From the human T2T-CHM13v2.0 reference genome, Homo sapiens, in NCBI GenBank assembly GCA_009914755.4, contig CP068257.2, positions 16,384,001 through 16,448,000 on the forward strand: a stretch of DNA of 64,000 nt, written 5' to 3'. Positions 13,402 to 26,739 of this stretch are shown here, one piece after another. Both the position numbers and the translations under genes were made by a program. The notes beneath the pieces were generated by a model. That model was not told where the DNA came from, did no database searches, and saw only the letters and a program-made list of their open reading frames with translations. Numbering within the stretch: the stretch's first letter is position 1; each line of letters opens with the position of its first letter.

Positions 13402-16400
13402 TTACAAATACAGCTTTACAATTTTTTTTAATCAGAAAAACATCTGGTACTTTCTCTTTTGGTGAAAAGTTTACTAAGTTGCTTCCAAAAGAATGATTTT
13501 TTTAGAAAAGACTAGCCTCAGACTTCTCTTTAGTACTAAATGTCATAATGAAATGACATTAAAATGGAGAATTTTGAGGGAAGAAATTTGAAATGCTAAA
13601 TTGTGCATTTCCCCAAGGTGTCTTTTACGTTTCTGAGCAATAGAAAGACATTCCCAATGTATAAGGGCTCAGAAGATATATTCCACATGTAAATCAAACA
13701 AAAGTAGACAATAAATTAACCTCAGGCATTTGAATGATCATCAAAAATTATAAATTCAAGAGAAGTGGTAATTATGAAAGACATTGATTATGAATGATTT
13801 TTTACACAATTTGACACGAATTCAGGAATCCAGTTAAATATAGTTTTAGCTGGACTCTATGTCATGATAGTTAAAGTCGTTTCTGAGATAGTTTGCTGAA
13901 TTTTTATTTTTTTGCTTTCACTGTATTTCCATTGACAGTGACAAGTGTTTCTTATGCTTTATTATTGAAACTAAGTTTAGATAGAAGCTCTTCCCATATT
14001 TGATGACCACTTAAAGTAAGTGGGAAAAATACTTGCCAACAATCACTAAATTACTTGCACTTGGAAAATTACTAAACACATACTTCAGAGTAGAGGTGCA
14101 TAGAAAACTTAATGACCATGAGATATGAGTGGATAGTTTCTGTATCATTAAAAATCAAGTAAAATGACTTGATGTAAGATTTGGGGTATTTTAGATATTG
14201 GGAATGCCTGACAAATAATCTAGTGGCAAACATTAATTGTAAGTCCCTTTTCAATGTCATCTTACATGTAGAATTTTTGAATATTTCATCCATGGTACTT
14301 AAAAATAAGAATCTAAAATATGATCCCAGATATGTAAACAAAATATGCTTGGATAAAAAGAAGATAAAGACTTACCTAGATAAGTCCATGGGGATCGCAA
14401 GATGTCTTTCTTCTTATGAATTGATGGTCCAAACTGAAATTTTCATTCCATCCCATTTTGGGATGGAAGCTATTTAGTTTAGTGATAATTCTGAATCGAG
14501 GGATTCTTAATGGTCAGGATTTATGCTGCCTCAATGTCAAGTCTGTACTAACTCCTCTGTGTTAACACATTACAAATAAATCTGAGAGATATATATCTGT
14601 TATTTATCAACTCTTAGATATTCATTAAGTTTGCTATTCTAATATTTTAAGAAGAAATCTATTTTGATTGTTCATGATAATGTAATAGAAAGTGTTAAGT
14701 TTGTAGCTTTAGTAGTTAGGGGTAGGGATTGTGGTAGGGAGTAAAGGCCTTAAGGTCAAAGAGTCATATCCCATGCTGTTCTCTAAATCTTGTATGAAAT
14801 CTTGGACATCATGGATAAAAACCTTAGACATCATGTGTGAAATGTGTTCCTTGCCTATTCCTACCTCTCTTCAATGGATCTTAGAATATTTGACCTGAAT
14901 TTCTTATTTGGGAACACTTTTATATTGTTTTCTATATTCTAAATCTAGAAATATCGGCCAACTTTTCATTCGACATCTAAGGAACTCTAGAGCCTTGAAC
15001 TTGCTTTGACAATATGGCTTCTGGTTCTAATTTGGGGCTCCTTAGAGATCCTGAATATAAATTACTCCCTATCCTCTATTACTTATTGGAAAAACCTAAC
15101 CCCTAATCCTTATGTAACTCATCTTGATGCTACCAAAACCTCAACTCTGGCACCATGCCTTTTTTAAAAAAATTAAATAAAAGTTAAAATAACAATTAAA
15201 GCCTTTGCAAATTACCCTTTAAGAGATTTATGGATTGCTATTTTTTCTGCTTAACTCCAGTAAAAGGAATTTGACATTTATATAGATATTAGTTTTCATT
15301 TAACACATGTTGAGACTTTAATCCTTATTGGGTCTTGCTGAGCCTCCAAACATGGACTAAGTTCACAGGATAGTTTTTCACAGATGGATCACATCACATA
15401 AATAAGAATGTAACTTCACTCAGAACATTCTTTCAAAAGAAATATGTTATTTAACTATTCAAACCTCTTATCATAATTGAGTCTTATAATTTATTTGTTA
15501 AAGGCCCTATTTATCTTTGCTCATGAAATAAAATATTCAAAAACAGATTACAAAGTAGCATGGTCATGCAAACTTTGGTAAAAGACTCAGAACACTTTAT
15601 GTCCACTACATGTGGACAATTCTTTCTGCATATGAACTGCCCTTTCCTGCATCCACAGCTCTTATCCCTTCACTCTGTATTATCTTTACAAAAGAGAAGG
15701 AGACGACATACAAAATTAATTTAAGTAAAGGTCTGCATTACAACTGAAAGCCATTAACTGGCAGTGGCTCACCAAAGTACAGGCAAAAATCAATTTTAAT
15801 TAGTATTTTTGGCTTTAATGAAAAGTGATTACAAAATTGGCATTTTAGCTAATACTGTTGAGATTTATGGTGAGCTGATGCTAATTAATTTTCTGTTGAA
15901 TTGCTGTAGGCCTTAGTGTCTTCAATAAAATGGTATATTTGCTGATACTAGGGCTGCATCAGCAGTTCAGTTTTGTAACAAAAGGCTTCTTAATGGTTTA
16001 CAGGTGTATTTTACACTATTGCTCTAAGCTACAGTGCATTATTATTTTTTCCATAAAAAGACTGTTATAGGTAATCAAATTTCATACCATTTTATTAATT
16101 GGGACCATTTTATTTTAGTGTATCTTGAGTGTTATCCACAGAACTCTTTACTTCAAATATAGCTTTCTTTTGTCTACTCGCAGGTGGTAAAAAAATTAGA
16201 TGATATACTTTAATTAGAGAACATTTCATGACTGATTTCTCTTTATTTCTTCATTTTTCCTCTTCCCTTGATTGTATTGGTAATAAATTGGCTTCTGAAC
16301 CTAGTTACATGCTTTAGATCCATTTTAAGTCAGGAAATAAAAAAAGAATTAAGCTTTACAATTTACTCTTGTCATATGATTTGAGTTTTAAATGCTCTTT

Positions 16401-16654
16401 AGCTTGCTTTTATTGTGATTATTTCCTCCCTTTTTTAGAAAAGTGAAACAGTCCTTACTGAAGACTAAAAATTATATGATGATTTCTGTAAGCTGAAAAT
16501 TTGTATCCTGGCATTGATTTGGTTGGACCTATGAAAGTCATTTTGTTCATTTGTTATCGGTGTTATTGGCCTGTCATAGACAGACACAAGGTGGCGTTAT
16601 CCACACTCAAAAGGATGGCCTATGGAGAAAGAGAGATAGTGTTGGAGTCTTAAC

Positions 16655-16790
16655 TGACCGTGATTGGCTTTGGGGACTTGGGTAAGTTACTTAACCTCTC
16701 TAAGCTTCTGTTTACTCAACTGTGTGATGAAAATAACTATGCCCATGTCAAAATATATTTTGAGCATTAAAATTAAAAATGACTTAAAGC
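16655..16790 (+). mobile_element. MIR SINE fragment
   Basis: Shows the MIR core: ggggacttgggtaagttacttaacctctctaagcttctgtttactcaactgtg. Confidence 0.35.
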
Positions 16791-17854
16791 AAAACATTCA
16801 ACAAACAATAGCTATTTTTTTTTAAATGAAAGCCATTTTATTTTGAAACAATGTTTTGTTAAACATCATTTTATTACCTACTGAAATATATATAAAATTG
16901 GGTTACAGATTTTTATAATATTTAGGATTCACGTCATGCAGATGCATTTTGTGATCGAAAAAGTCTAAGCACAATATATGATTAAATCATTAATTAGTAA
17001 AACCAAAATGATAGAAAATTTAACTGAGAACTATAAGTCTTAGAATTTTGTAGTAGACTGAATGGAATAGGCTCAATTTAAAATAACTGAGATGTCTAGT
17101 TCAGTTCTTTTTCTTTTAAAATGAGTACATAGAGGCTCATATTACAAGTTAAATGACTTGATTAATAAATTACAGGTGAGTCTTAGGAAGGGCTTGATCA
17201 ATTCTACTCTAGTGGCAAATTTTATGGCTTTTATATGTGCTAAAGGGAGCCAAATTCAAATTGATCCACTAGAGATTAGCAATAACTATATGAGAAAGCG
17301 TTTGTAGTCCAGATTTAGGATGATATGGGAAGCTGAATATATTTTTTTTAATTTTTAGGTAGAATTTGGAGAGGTGAAAAAATCTTGCTTCTTCTCATTG
17401 TTGCCTAAAACATTAAACAGCTTATCACATGAGCTGATGAACGGTGTCCTGTAGGCTTTTAGAAAGTATACTCTTCAATATCCCACTTAAAATTTGAAAA
17501 AAAATGTAAATGTTCCACTGAAAAGACTCTGGGAATATTTTCTGTTTAAAAATTTTTAATTTTAATATTTTAGAAGGGGAGACAATTTGTTTTCCAGGAG
17601 CACAGCACAGATTTAAATACACATTTGCTAGTCAGGTCTTGGATGAATGGACCCCCTTCTCCCCACCCCCTTCTGCAAACCTTCTTACAGCCTGATTGAG
17701 ATGGCCCCATTTTGGGGCCCACAAATTGTATAAAATATATCCTCATACCTCAGAGCTATGGCAATAAGAGACATGCTTGGTTTTCATTTTCCAGGTACAA
17801 TAGAATTATAGAATTATAAATCAGAAAGAAGCCTTAGGGAATATTTATTCTAAA

Positions 17855-17985
17855 ATTCTCATTTTGTAGATAAGGAACTTAAAGCACAGAGGAGTTATAA
17901 AACTTGCTCTTGTCACCCAGCCAGTGTGAAGCAGATCTGGGAACTACAGTTCAGGTGCTCTAAACCATAGCTTAGTGACCTCTCC
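17855..17985 (+). mobile_element. MIR SINE fragment
   Basis: ctcattttgtagataaggaacttaaagcacagaggagttataaaacttgctcttgtcacccagccagtg...ggaactacagttcagg matches the MIR consensus attttacagatgaggaaactgaggcacagagaggttaagtaacttgcccaaggtcacacagctag. Confidence 0.5.
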
Positions 17986-19094
17986 TTTATTCTATATATC
18001 CAGTGGTTTAGAAATAAGTTAACCATTTTGTTCAAAATGTGCTTCATTTTATGTTTCTCACATCACTTGATGTGCATAAACTTTCAGGTAAAATATTTTA
18101 AGAGAGAAATTCTCTTGCGCAGAAGGTGAAATAATAGAGATACATATCTGGGATAGTTGCTGGGACACGAATATGCAAAATTGTTGAATTTTCAATGTGT
18201 CAGCTTTGGTCATTACTTAGTCTTCACCTTTGTATGTCCAGAAAACTTGATTTTGGGGCTGTATTTAAGAATGGTCATGTTCTGGCCATTTTTTTTTTGT
18301 TAACTAATTCAAAATACCTTTATGCAAAATGACAATATTGAACTACAGTGAGAAATTTAACTTCTGAGTGAATGAATGAATTATTATTTGCTGTTCTGGA
18401 GAAAAGTCTACATTAGGAAGACAAATTATAACTGCAAGATTGCTAATGAATCATAGACACAGAGAAGGGAAATTGGTTGTATGCTCTTAATGATCCTGGT
18501 CAGCAAGATGATTGCTAAATGAGTCTATCTCTACTATAGGGGTGTATTGGCCTAGAATACCAGAAAACTCATTGCAGGGCTAGCCTCAAGGGTGTGCAAC
18601 CTGTGCAGTCGCACTGGGCCAACACACAGAAGGAACCCACTCTTGGTTTAATGCTCTGCTGTTGTTGTCCTGATGTTTTTAATAACATTATCTTTGGACT
18701 TGTGGTTTGTAAGTGAAGTCTGTTGGGACAAAGGAGCATGCCTGTGAATGAATAGAGGATATATATGCAGTATGTGAATCTGTCATTTCTTGCTGCCTTA
18801 TTTTCATTGAGCATCTCGAACACAATAAGATGTTCCATGAACACAGAATTCCAGTAGACCCAGGATGTGTGGGAGTTCAGAGAGACTCAAAGTGTGTTAC
18901 TTGTACTAAGTAAGCACAGAGCTGACAGCCCAAGTGGCCATTCTTTCCATTCTCACTAGAACGTGCTTAGGTTCCAGAAGGATGACATGATGCTATGAGA
19001 AACACTTCTATTCTTTCATACTCATGCTACTTTCCTGTATTAGTTACCCACCTAGGCTGAAAATGATGACATGGGAGGAAAAAGAGAGCAACCT

Positions 19095-19444
19095 TGTATT
19101 AGTCCATTTTCACACTGCTGATAAAGGCATACCAGAGACTGTAATTTATAAAGAAAAAGAGGTTTAATGGACCCACAGTTCCACAGGGCTGGAGAGGCCT
19201 TACAATCTTGGCGGAAGGCGAAAGGCATGTCTTCCATGGATGGTGGCAGACAAGAGAACGAGGGCCAAGCAAAAGGGGAAACCCCTTATTAAACCATCAG
19301 ATCTTGTGAGACTTATTCACTATCACAGAACAGTATGTGGAAACCATCTCCATGATTCAGTTATCTCCCCGCCACAACACATGGGGATTATGGGAGCTAC
19401 AATTCAAGATGAGATTTGGGTAGGGACACAGCCAAACCATATCA
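19095..19444 (-). mobile_element. MaLR THE1/MST-family solo LTR
   Basis: Reverse-complement hallmarks: tgtattagtccattttcacactgctgataaaggcataccagagactgtaatttataaag...ggcggaaggcgaaagg...accatcagatcttgtgagacttattcactatcacagaac...gggattatgggagctacaattcaagatgagatttgggtagggacacagccaaaccatatca. The flanks aacct/gacct form a 4 of 5 TSD. The ORFs 19052..19237, 19240..19527 and 19404..19688 overlap it. Confidence 0.75.
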
Positions 19445-20610
19445 GACCTATAGTTTCTTTTCCTTTCAGTCCTTTTGAATTCTTCAGTAAACTGAAGGTA
19501 GAAAGTATTGGTAAAATGTGCACGTAATCAAGAAGTGAAATAAAAACAGTTGATTTAGTTTTGTGCTGTGTTTCTCCTTTGCTGGTAAGAATGAAATATA
19601 TATGCATGTATGAGCTACAAAATGTGAATTGTGTGATTTCAATAATTTCACATACAAATGCTCTTGTATTTACATTTAAAACTAACATTGAACAATATAA
19701 ATAGTGAAGTTCATGCTAATAATTTAAAATATTAATTTTTCTTCAGTTAGGAAGAGATTAAATAGTGAATAAAAAACACCACATCGTTGAGACTGCAGAA
19801 AAAAGAAAAATCTTTATTTTTTTAACACTTTTACTGGCACATTTTCCTGCTGTTTTAACTAACAACATTGAATTTTCACTTTGCGCTGTAACCTACAAAT
19901 TTTGGAGTCAGTACTGACTCATTGTGGTCCATAAGAGAGCATTCTATATCATTCTCCAGACACACTGCCATTTTCTGAATTTCAAGCAGATAATCTTCTC
20001 TCTTTTGGTAGAAGGAAAAAGAAATACCTTTTTTTTCCTTTAGATCGATTACAATATAGTTGATTATATACTCTTTTATGATATCAATAATAATTCAGTC
20101 ATGCCTTCTTGAGATTGTATCCTGGTCCTCTTGATTAAATTTTGATTTGATTTGCAAGCTAGCCTAAATTTACTCCAAGTTTACTCTTCAGATGGCTAAT
20201 TTCATCCTACTTCACAGAGTTGTAAGGGCTTAATTTATGTATTCAATAAATATGTACTGAGCAGCTATTTCCAGCAGGGCACTGTGCGAGGTGCTGGGAC
20301 TCAGCAGTGAGTAAGATAGACAGGGTCTATGTCGTTATGCAGATGCATGTGGGTGAGGGAGACAGACAATAACAAGTACATAAAAAGGGCAAACTTCCCA
20401 GATTTAGATGAATCGGTGATAAGAAAAAAGCAGTGTGATGGAAAAAACAGTAACAAGGAAAGGCCATTTTAAATAGTGTAATCAAGGAAGGACTAAGAAC
20501 AATGTATAATATCTGATCTGGGACCTGAATAATGAGTCAAAGTTCTAGAAAGAGAACGTTTCAAACAGAGGGAGCTAGAATTATCAAAGCCTAAAGATAA
20601 AATACCCTGA

Positions 20611-21036
20611 GTGTGGTGAGTTGAATGATGGCCTCCAAAAAGATATAAACATGCCCCAGACCTTGTGAATGTGAGCTTATTTGGAAAAAATTACATTTGC
20701 AGATGTAATTAAGGATCTCAAAATGAGATAATCCTTGATTAACCAGGTGAGCCCTAAATCCGGTGAAAACTGTCTTTACAACAGATAGAAGAGAACAAGA
20801 CAGACACAAAGGAGGAGGCCATATGAAGGCAGAGGTACAGATTGGAGTTCAGTTGCCATAAGCCAAGGAATACCTGGAACTCCCAGAAGCTAGGAAGAGG
20901 CAAGGAAGAATTTTGCCTTAGAGTCTTTGGAGAAAGCATGGCCCTGTGACACCTTATTTCAAGTTTATGTCCTCTAAAACTGTGAGAGAATACATTTTTG
21001 ATGTTTTAATTCACCTGCTATGGTTTTAATATTTGT
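20611..21036 (+). mobile_element. MaLR MLT1 (older subfamily) LTR
   Basis: gtgtggtgagttgaatgatggcctccaaaaagatat...cccagaccttgtgaatgtgagcttatttggaaaaa...gcagatgtaattaagg...gagccctaaatccggtgaaaactg...gaagagaacaagacagacacaaaggaggaggccatatgaaggcagaggtacagattggagtt...aagccaaggaatacctgg...cccagaagctaggaagaggcaaggaa matches the old-MLT1 LTR consensus structure. Confidence 0.6.
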
Positions 21037-21415
21037 GTACACTCCAAAGTTCATGTTGAAACTGAATCCCCAATGCATCAGTATTAAGAGGTGTGACCTT
21101 TGGGAGGTAATTAGGTCAAGAGCACTTATGAATGAACTAGTAATCTTACAATTGACTAGAAGGAACTAGCTAGGCCCCCATTTTTTGCCTTTCCCTCCCT
21201 TCTGCCATGTGAGGACACAGCATTTGTCTCCTCCAGCGGATGCAGTAACAAGGTGCCATCTGAGAAGCAGAGAGAAGGCCATCACCAGACACTGAACCTG
21301 CCAGTGCTTTCATCTTGAACTTCCCAATCTCCAGAACTATGAAAAATAAATTTCTGTTCTTTATAAATTATTCCATCTTAGGTATCTTGTTATAGAAGCA
21401 CAAATGAACTAAGCC
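21037..21415 (+). mobile_element. MaLR MLT1 (younger subfamily) LTR, directly abutting the previous LTR
   Basis: tgtgtacactccaaagttcatgttgaaactgaatcccc...ggtgtgacctttgggaggtaattaggtcaag...ttctgccatgtgaggacacagca...ccagacactgaacctgccagtgctttcatcttgaacttcccaatctccagaactatgaaaaataaatttctgttctttataa. Confidence 0.7.
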
Positions 21416-24400
21416 ACCACCCAACTGGTGGTAATTTGTTGTGGCATCCTCAGAACACTAATACACCTGATATTTTTTAAAGAAATAAAAGGGGGTCAGT
21501 GTGAGTAAGATAAAGTGAGAAGGTGGAGGAGACCGAGAGGATATCAGAAAAGCAGGCCAACGCCAGATTCCAAAAGGCCACGTAGACATGGGAAAGAGCT
21601 GGGATTTTTATTATGAGTCATGGGAAGCGGTTAATGGATATTAAGCTAGAGAATTCTTTGGTGTACATTTAAGCTGCAGTGCAAAGAGTGGGCTGTCAGA
21701 AAGTCAGAGTGCAGCAATACTGTAGCAAAAAGTAGGAAAAATACTATGGTAGTTGACCAACTGAGAGATGATGGTGGCACACACCCGCCTTGTTGTCTCA
21801 GAAATACATTACGGGGACCAGATTGAGATATATTTTGAGATTAGAATGACAGGACCTGGCGAGATTGGATGTAAGGAATCAAAGATAACTTCTGACATTT
21901 GTAGAGCAAACAAGTAGGTAATGGTAATGTCATTTATTCAAATGGCAATGACTAGTAGAGGAACAGGTACCCACTGTTGATAGTGGAAATCAGAAGATTC
22001 TGTAGAACATAATTAAGGTTTAGAAATCCAAATGGAAATTTTAGATAGCATTACTTGAGATAATGTATGCTAAAAGCCTAATTAGTTACACATATGTAAT
22101 TGCTCAAAAAATGAATATATCCTTTAACATTTTATGATGACTTGGTTTTCTTACTTTAGTTGTCACAAAATAGCTATTTTACTGTTTGGGGATATCACTC
22201 CATCAATTTATCACTGCGGTCGTTAGTTCTTGCCTTCATTTATTGTTAGACCAGACTAATGGCCTTTGTGGGCAAAGTTCCATAAGCCAAGCTAATTTTC
22301 ACGTCTCCATATTTGCTATTTCTACACCAATCCACAGGTCATAGAGTGTAATGTCAGTTTAGGGCTAAAATTGCATCACAAATTAGCAAGTGATTCCTCC
22401 AAAGTAAGCAGTTCCCTGACACTGGTGATTTGCAAATATTAAATCCACCAAGTAGAAGAAATGCAAGAATCAACTTTTTGTCCAAACTCTACTTTAATCT
22501 TGGCTCAAAAAGCCTGAAAATCTGGACTTATGGATGCTCTTTCTAACCCTTCTCCATTTAATTATTATGACTCTGGCAGAAAGAGAAAGTATATATTTTT
22601 TCCCTAACAAAGGTAATTGAATATTGCCTAATTAGATTAACTGCACTGCTTTGAAGCCACAGTGATAGATGATATATAGGAGGCCTGGCATTGATAATTG
22701 TGAGAGAGAAATTATTTAATGTGAAATGAAGACTACAGAGTGCAGAGGCCACAGCTTTGACCTGGGTGTCCCCTTCCCCTCTCAAACTTTGGATATATAT
22801 TTTTATATTAAAAATGGAATCTTTTCAACTATTAAAATACATTCAATTCCTTTTTATGGCTTGTAACTGTATATGCTAATTTAATAAGTTTAGATTGCCT
22901 GAATTATTTCTGGCTGAGCAGAGCACAGCAGTTTAGCCGTTTTCTGATTAGAGAAGGGAGGAACACACCATTGGCGCTCCCCACATTCACCGTTGCAATA
23001 AATATAAAAACAACAGTACTGGGAAACCCCAGAGTGCCACATACAGTGGTCCTTCTGATCTCATTTTCATTGGATTCAGCCTCAATGTAGTAAGAGTATA
23101 GATAGCTGTCTGCCTTTCAGGGTAAACAGATATGCATGTTATAGAGAATGACTTGGGAAAAAGCTACCATCTTAGATGTCATACCACCTGCTCTGACCTA
23201 AAGCACTTTGGCAGATATTGACTATGAGAAAAACTTGTGACGCTTCACAGTGTGGGTGGTGAGGACAAGAGGCCATTTTTTAATGTTCCATAACCAAAAC
23301 TTTAACTAACCATCTTGGGAAAATGGCCACCAACTTTTTCTTTGTATTGCTTGTGCTGTATCTCTTCAGTCTACAGAACGTTATACATTTTCCACTTACC
23401 CATTCAGGACTTGTCGAGCACCTACTATGTCCTGTGCTTGTGAGAAGTATGTTGCTTTATTTGATGATATGGAAACTGTTAATGAAGGAAGGAGTTAACA
23501 TTGGTAACTGACAAATAGTGAAAGAGGCCAAACTAAAAATCTCTTTCTTCCTGAGAAAAAGAGGAGGAATTGATTTGCTTTTCTCAAAAATGATGGCGTT
23601 CTCATTTGTTTCCCTAAAACTTAAAGTAGAAGAAGTTATGAAGGAATTTCAATGTTTCTTGGTGTCTCTTCAACTCTGAGACTTTTGTGAAAATAATATG
23701 GAGTCCCAGAAGTTTTAAAATATTTATTTCTTTGTGAAATGAGATAATTCCTGACTAAGCAATTTGGGTGGAATTAAAAAACAATGAGACATGGTTGGAG
23801 GAACTAGGTGTGGGTATATAAGACTTTTTATATTTGCATCTTGTTCGGTGCATAGTTTTTACATCCATGAATTTAGAAAATCATTGCATTTAATACTGGG
23901 AAATAATAAAGCTGAAAATATGTAGCAGCAAAAGAAAGAAAGAAAGAAAAATTCTGAAACCCATTAAACCCTATCAGCAAAAAAACTTGGCAAGATTTTG
24001 AAAATTTGTTTATGATCTTTGAACTTCAAAATGAATGGCATGCGAGGTAACTGAATAATGCTTTCAATTGAGGAATAATTATAAGCACTGGAACTGCCCA
24101 AACATATTGATAATACTATATGCTGAAAATTTTTTTTGGATCTATTTTGCATTTACAGTTGTTAGTACAACAAAACCATATGCAAGCCTCTGTCTGACAT
24201 CCATCCTTCTGGGGGGCAGAAATGCAACCTACTCTCCAGCCACTTTAGACCTATCGAATATTATTGGTTATAGATTTGTTTTAATGTTCAGAACTTCACA
24301 TTTTTTTAAAAAAAATAGAATTTTGGTTTACAATGATTTTCAGATGACACTAAAGAACACTTTAGTATTGATTAATCATTTTAAATTTGTAAATTGAGAT

Positions 24401-24887
24401 GAACACAATTACAAAACAATACAAAATTAGTATTTTCTGTTTGGGAAATTATTTTTATCTCCTACATTGTTCTTGTACAGTGTATTCAATATAAACAGAC
24501 ACAGTGTTTAAGCTTCAGCTTCAATAATGGCTGATGGTGATACATTTGAGTAATTCTATTACCAGTTGAATGAGGGAAGCTGCTGTGAATGCGTTACTGA
24601 AGTAGGATATTAGCCAAAATTGTGACTTATGGTGATCAAAATAGATAGATGTTTGACAAATAATTGATAAACTTTTTAGAAGTTTGCCAAACTCATGGGA
24701 AAATTTTAGAATGTATCTGTCTTTACCAGATTAACTATATAATGAACAGATCTGGAATTTGCTCTACACTGTTTCATAATTATGAATTCAAGATCAAACA
24801 TGACTCAGATGTATAACAATACTACTTAGGAAAGTAGTGGGATCTGTTTTTCTATTACATTTTAATTTCAATTATATTAGTTTGCTA

Positions 24888-25250
24888 GGGTTACCATAAC
24901 AAAATACCAGAGACTGTGTAGTTTAAACAACAGAAATTTATCTTCTCACAGTTCTGGAGGCTGGTAAGTCTGAGGTCAAGTGAGATTTGGTTTCTGCTGA
25001 GGCCTCTCTCCTTGGCTGGCAGATGGCTGCCTCCTTACTGTGTCCTCACATGGCCTTTGCTCTGTGTGCTCTCATCCCTGGTGTCTAAATTTCCTCCTCT
25101 TATAAGAACATCAGTCGGATTGGATTAGGACCAACACTAACAGCCTCATTTTAACATAATCATCTCATTAAAGACCTTTTCTTCAAATACGGCTGCATTA
25201 TGGGGTCCTGGGGGTTAGGACTTCAACACATGAATTTTTTGGGAAACGTA
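24888..25250 (-). mobile_element. MaLR MLT1-family solo LTR
   Basis: The reverse complement carries the MLT1 termini: tttgctagggttaccataacaaaataccagagactgtgtagtttaaacaacagaaatttatcttctcacagttctggaggctgg ... cttcaacacatgaattttttgggaaacg. Same family as 1008..1395, at roughly 70 percent identity to it. Confidence 0.65.
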
Positions 25251-26303
25251 ATTCAGCACATAACACCAATGTAATTTGTCCATCTGCCCGTGTTTGTTGA
25301 GCTTCTCTTAGTCATCAGCACTGAGCTAAGCACAGGTGATACCATGGAGGCAGGGTTTCTGCTTTCCTGGAGCTAACAGCCTAATGGAGTAGAAAGTCAG
25401 TTAAGAGTTATGCAGACAAAAAATGAGGTAATTGCAGATGGTGATAATTGCTGTGAAGGCAGTGAAAAGAGTATGTGGTGGAGATCAAAGGAGTGAGGGT
25501 GGGAGAAAAAGGGTGTGAAACCTGCTTCGTGTGATCCTTAGGAAACACTCCACAGAGGGACATTTTCCTCAAGGTGTGACAGGTGGCTGTGTTTAAAAAA
25601 CTGGAAGAAAGGGAGGCTGAGGCACAACAGATAAGAAGTCAAATGAGATCCTTGAAGGGGCATCAGGTGTTTGGATTTATATGGCCTTTTAGGCTTAGGG
25701 AAGAGTTGGGTATTATTTGAATTGCATTATAAAGTCCTTGAACACGTTTAAGCAAGAAAGGCATTTCTGTTTGACAACTCTTACTCTTACTGCTGTGCTG
25801 TAGCTTGGAAGGGACAGAGTAGATACAGGGATCCCATTTAAAGGGCTGTGGCTGTAGTGCAGGGCAGTAGCAACAGCAGATTGGACGAAGGTGGTAGCAG
25901 TACAGATGAGTGACATAGATAAATGTAAGATACATTTGAAGGGTAGGAATGACAAGACTTGAAGTTAGATGTGCAGAGCAAGGAGAGAATAGAACCAATG
26001 ATGACTCCCAGGTTTGAACACCTGAGATGTTAGTGCTAGTGTGAAGGAGAAAACTGGGAGGGGACACACTTACGTAAGGATCATGATTAAGAAGGGGTGT
26101 TGAGATCCAAGAGTGTAGGTTGGGTCATGTTGACTTTGTGGTGCCTATTAGGTTATCCTAGAAGAATTGTAGACTTGTTGGTGTAGGAACATGTTATGAA
26201 GGTAAGAAAAGAAAAACTGAAGTTGGAGTAAAAATATATTCATTTACTAATGATTACTAGTGGTCCCCAGTTAAAACAGTATCTGTGAGCTTAAGTAACT
26301 TGC

Positions 26304-26739
26304 TTTTTTTTTTTTTATTATTATACTTTAAGTTCTGGGGTACATGTGCAGAACGTGTAGGTTTGTTACATAGGTATACACGTGCCATGGTGGTTTGCTG
26401 CACTCATCAACCCGTCATTTACATTAGATATTTCTCCTAATGCTATCCCTTCCCTAGTCCCCCAGCCCCTGACAGGACCTGGTGTGTGATGTTCCCCTCC
26501 CTGTGTCCATGTGTTCTCATTGTTCAACTCCCACTTATGAGTGAGAACATGGCGGTGTTGGGTTTTCTGTTCCTGTGTTAGTTTGCTGAGCATGATGGTT
26601 TCCAGCTTCATCCATGTCCCTGCAAAGGACATGAACTCATCCTTTTTTATGGATGCATATTATTCCATGGTGTATATGTGCCACATTTTCTTTATCCAGT
26701 CTGTCATTGATGGGCATTTGGGTTGGTTCCAAGTCTTGC
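26304..26739 (-). mobile_element. L1 (L1PA-like) 3-prime end, antisense, with poly(T) at left
   Basis: Poly(T) followed by attattatactttaagttctggggtacatgtgcagaacgtgtaggtttgttacataggtatacacgtgccatggtggtttgctgcac...ctcccacttatgagtgagaacatggcggtgttgggttttctgttcctgtgttagtttgctgagcatgatggtttccagcttcatccatgtccctgcaaaggacatgaactcatcc. The ORFs 26366..26632 and 26541..26750 are read-throughs. Confidence 0.88.
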
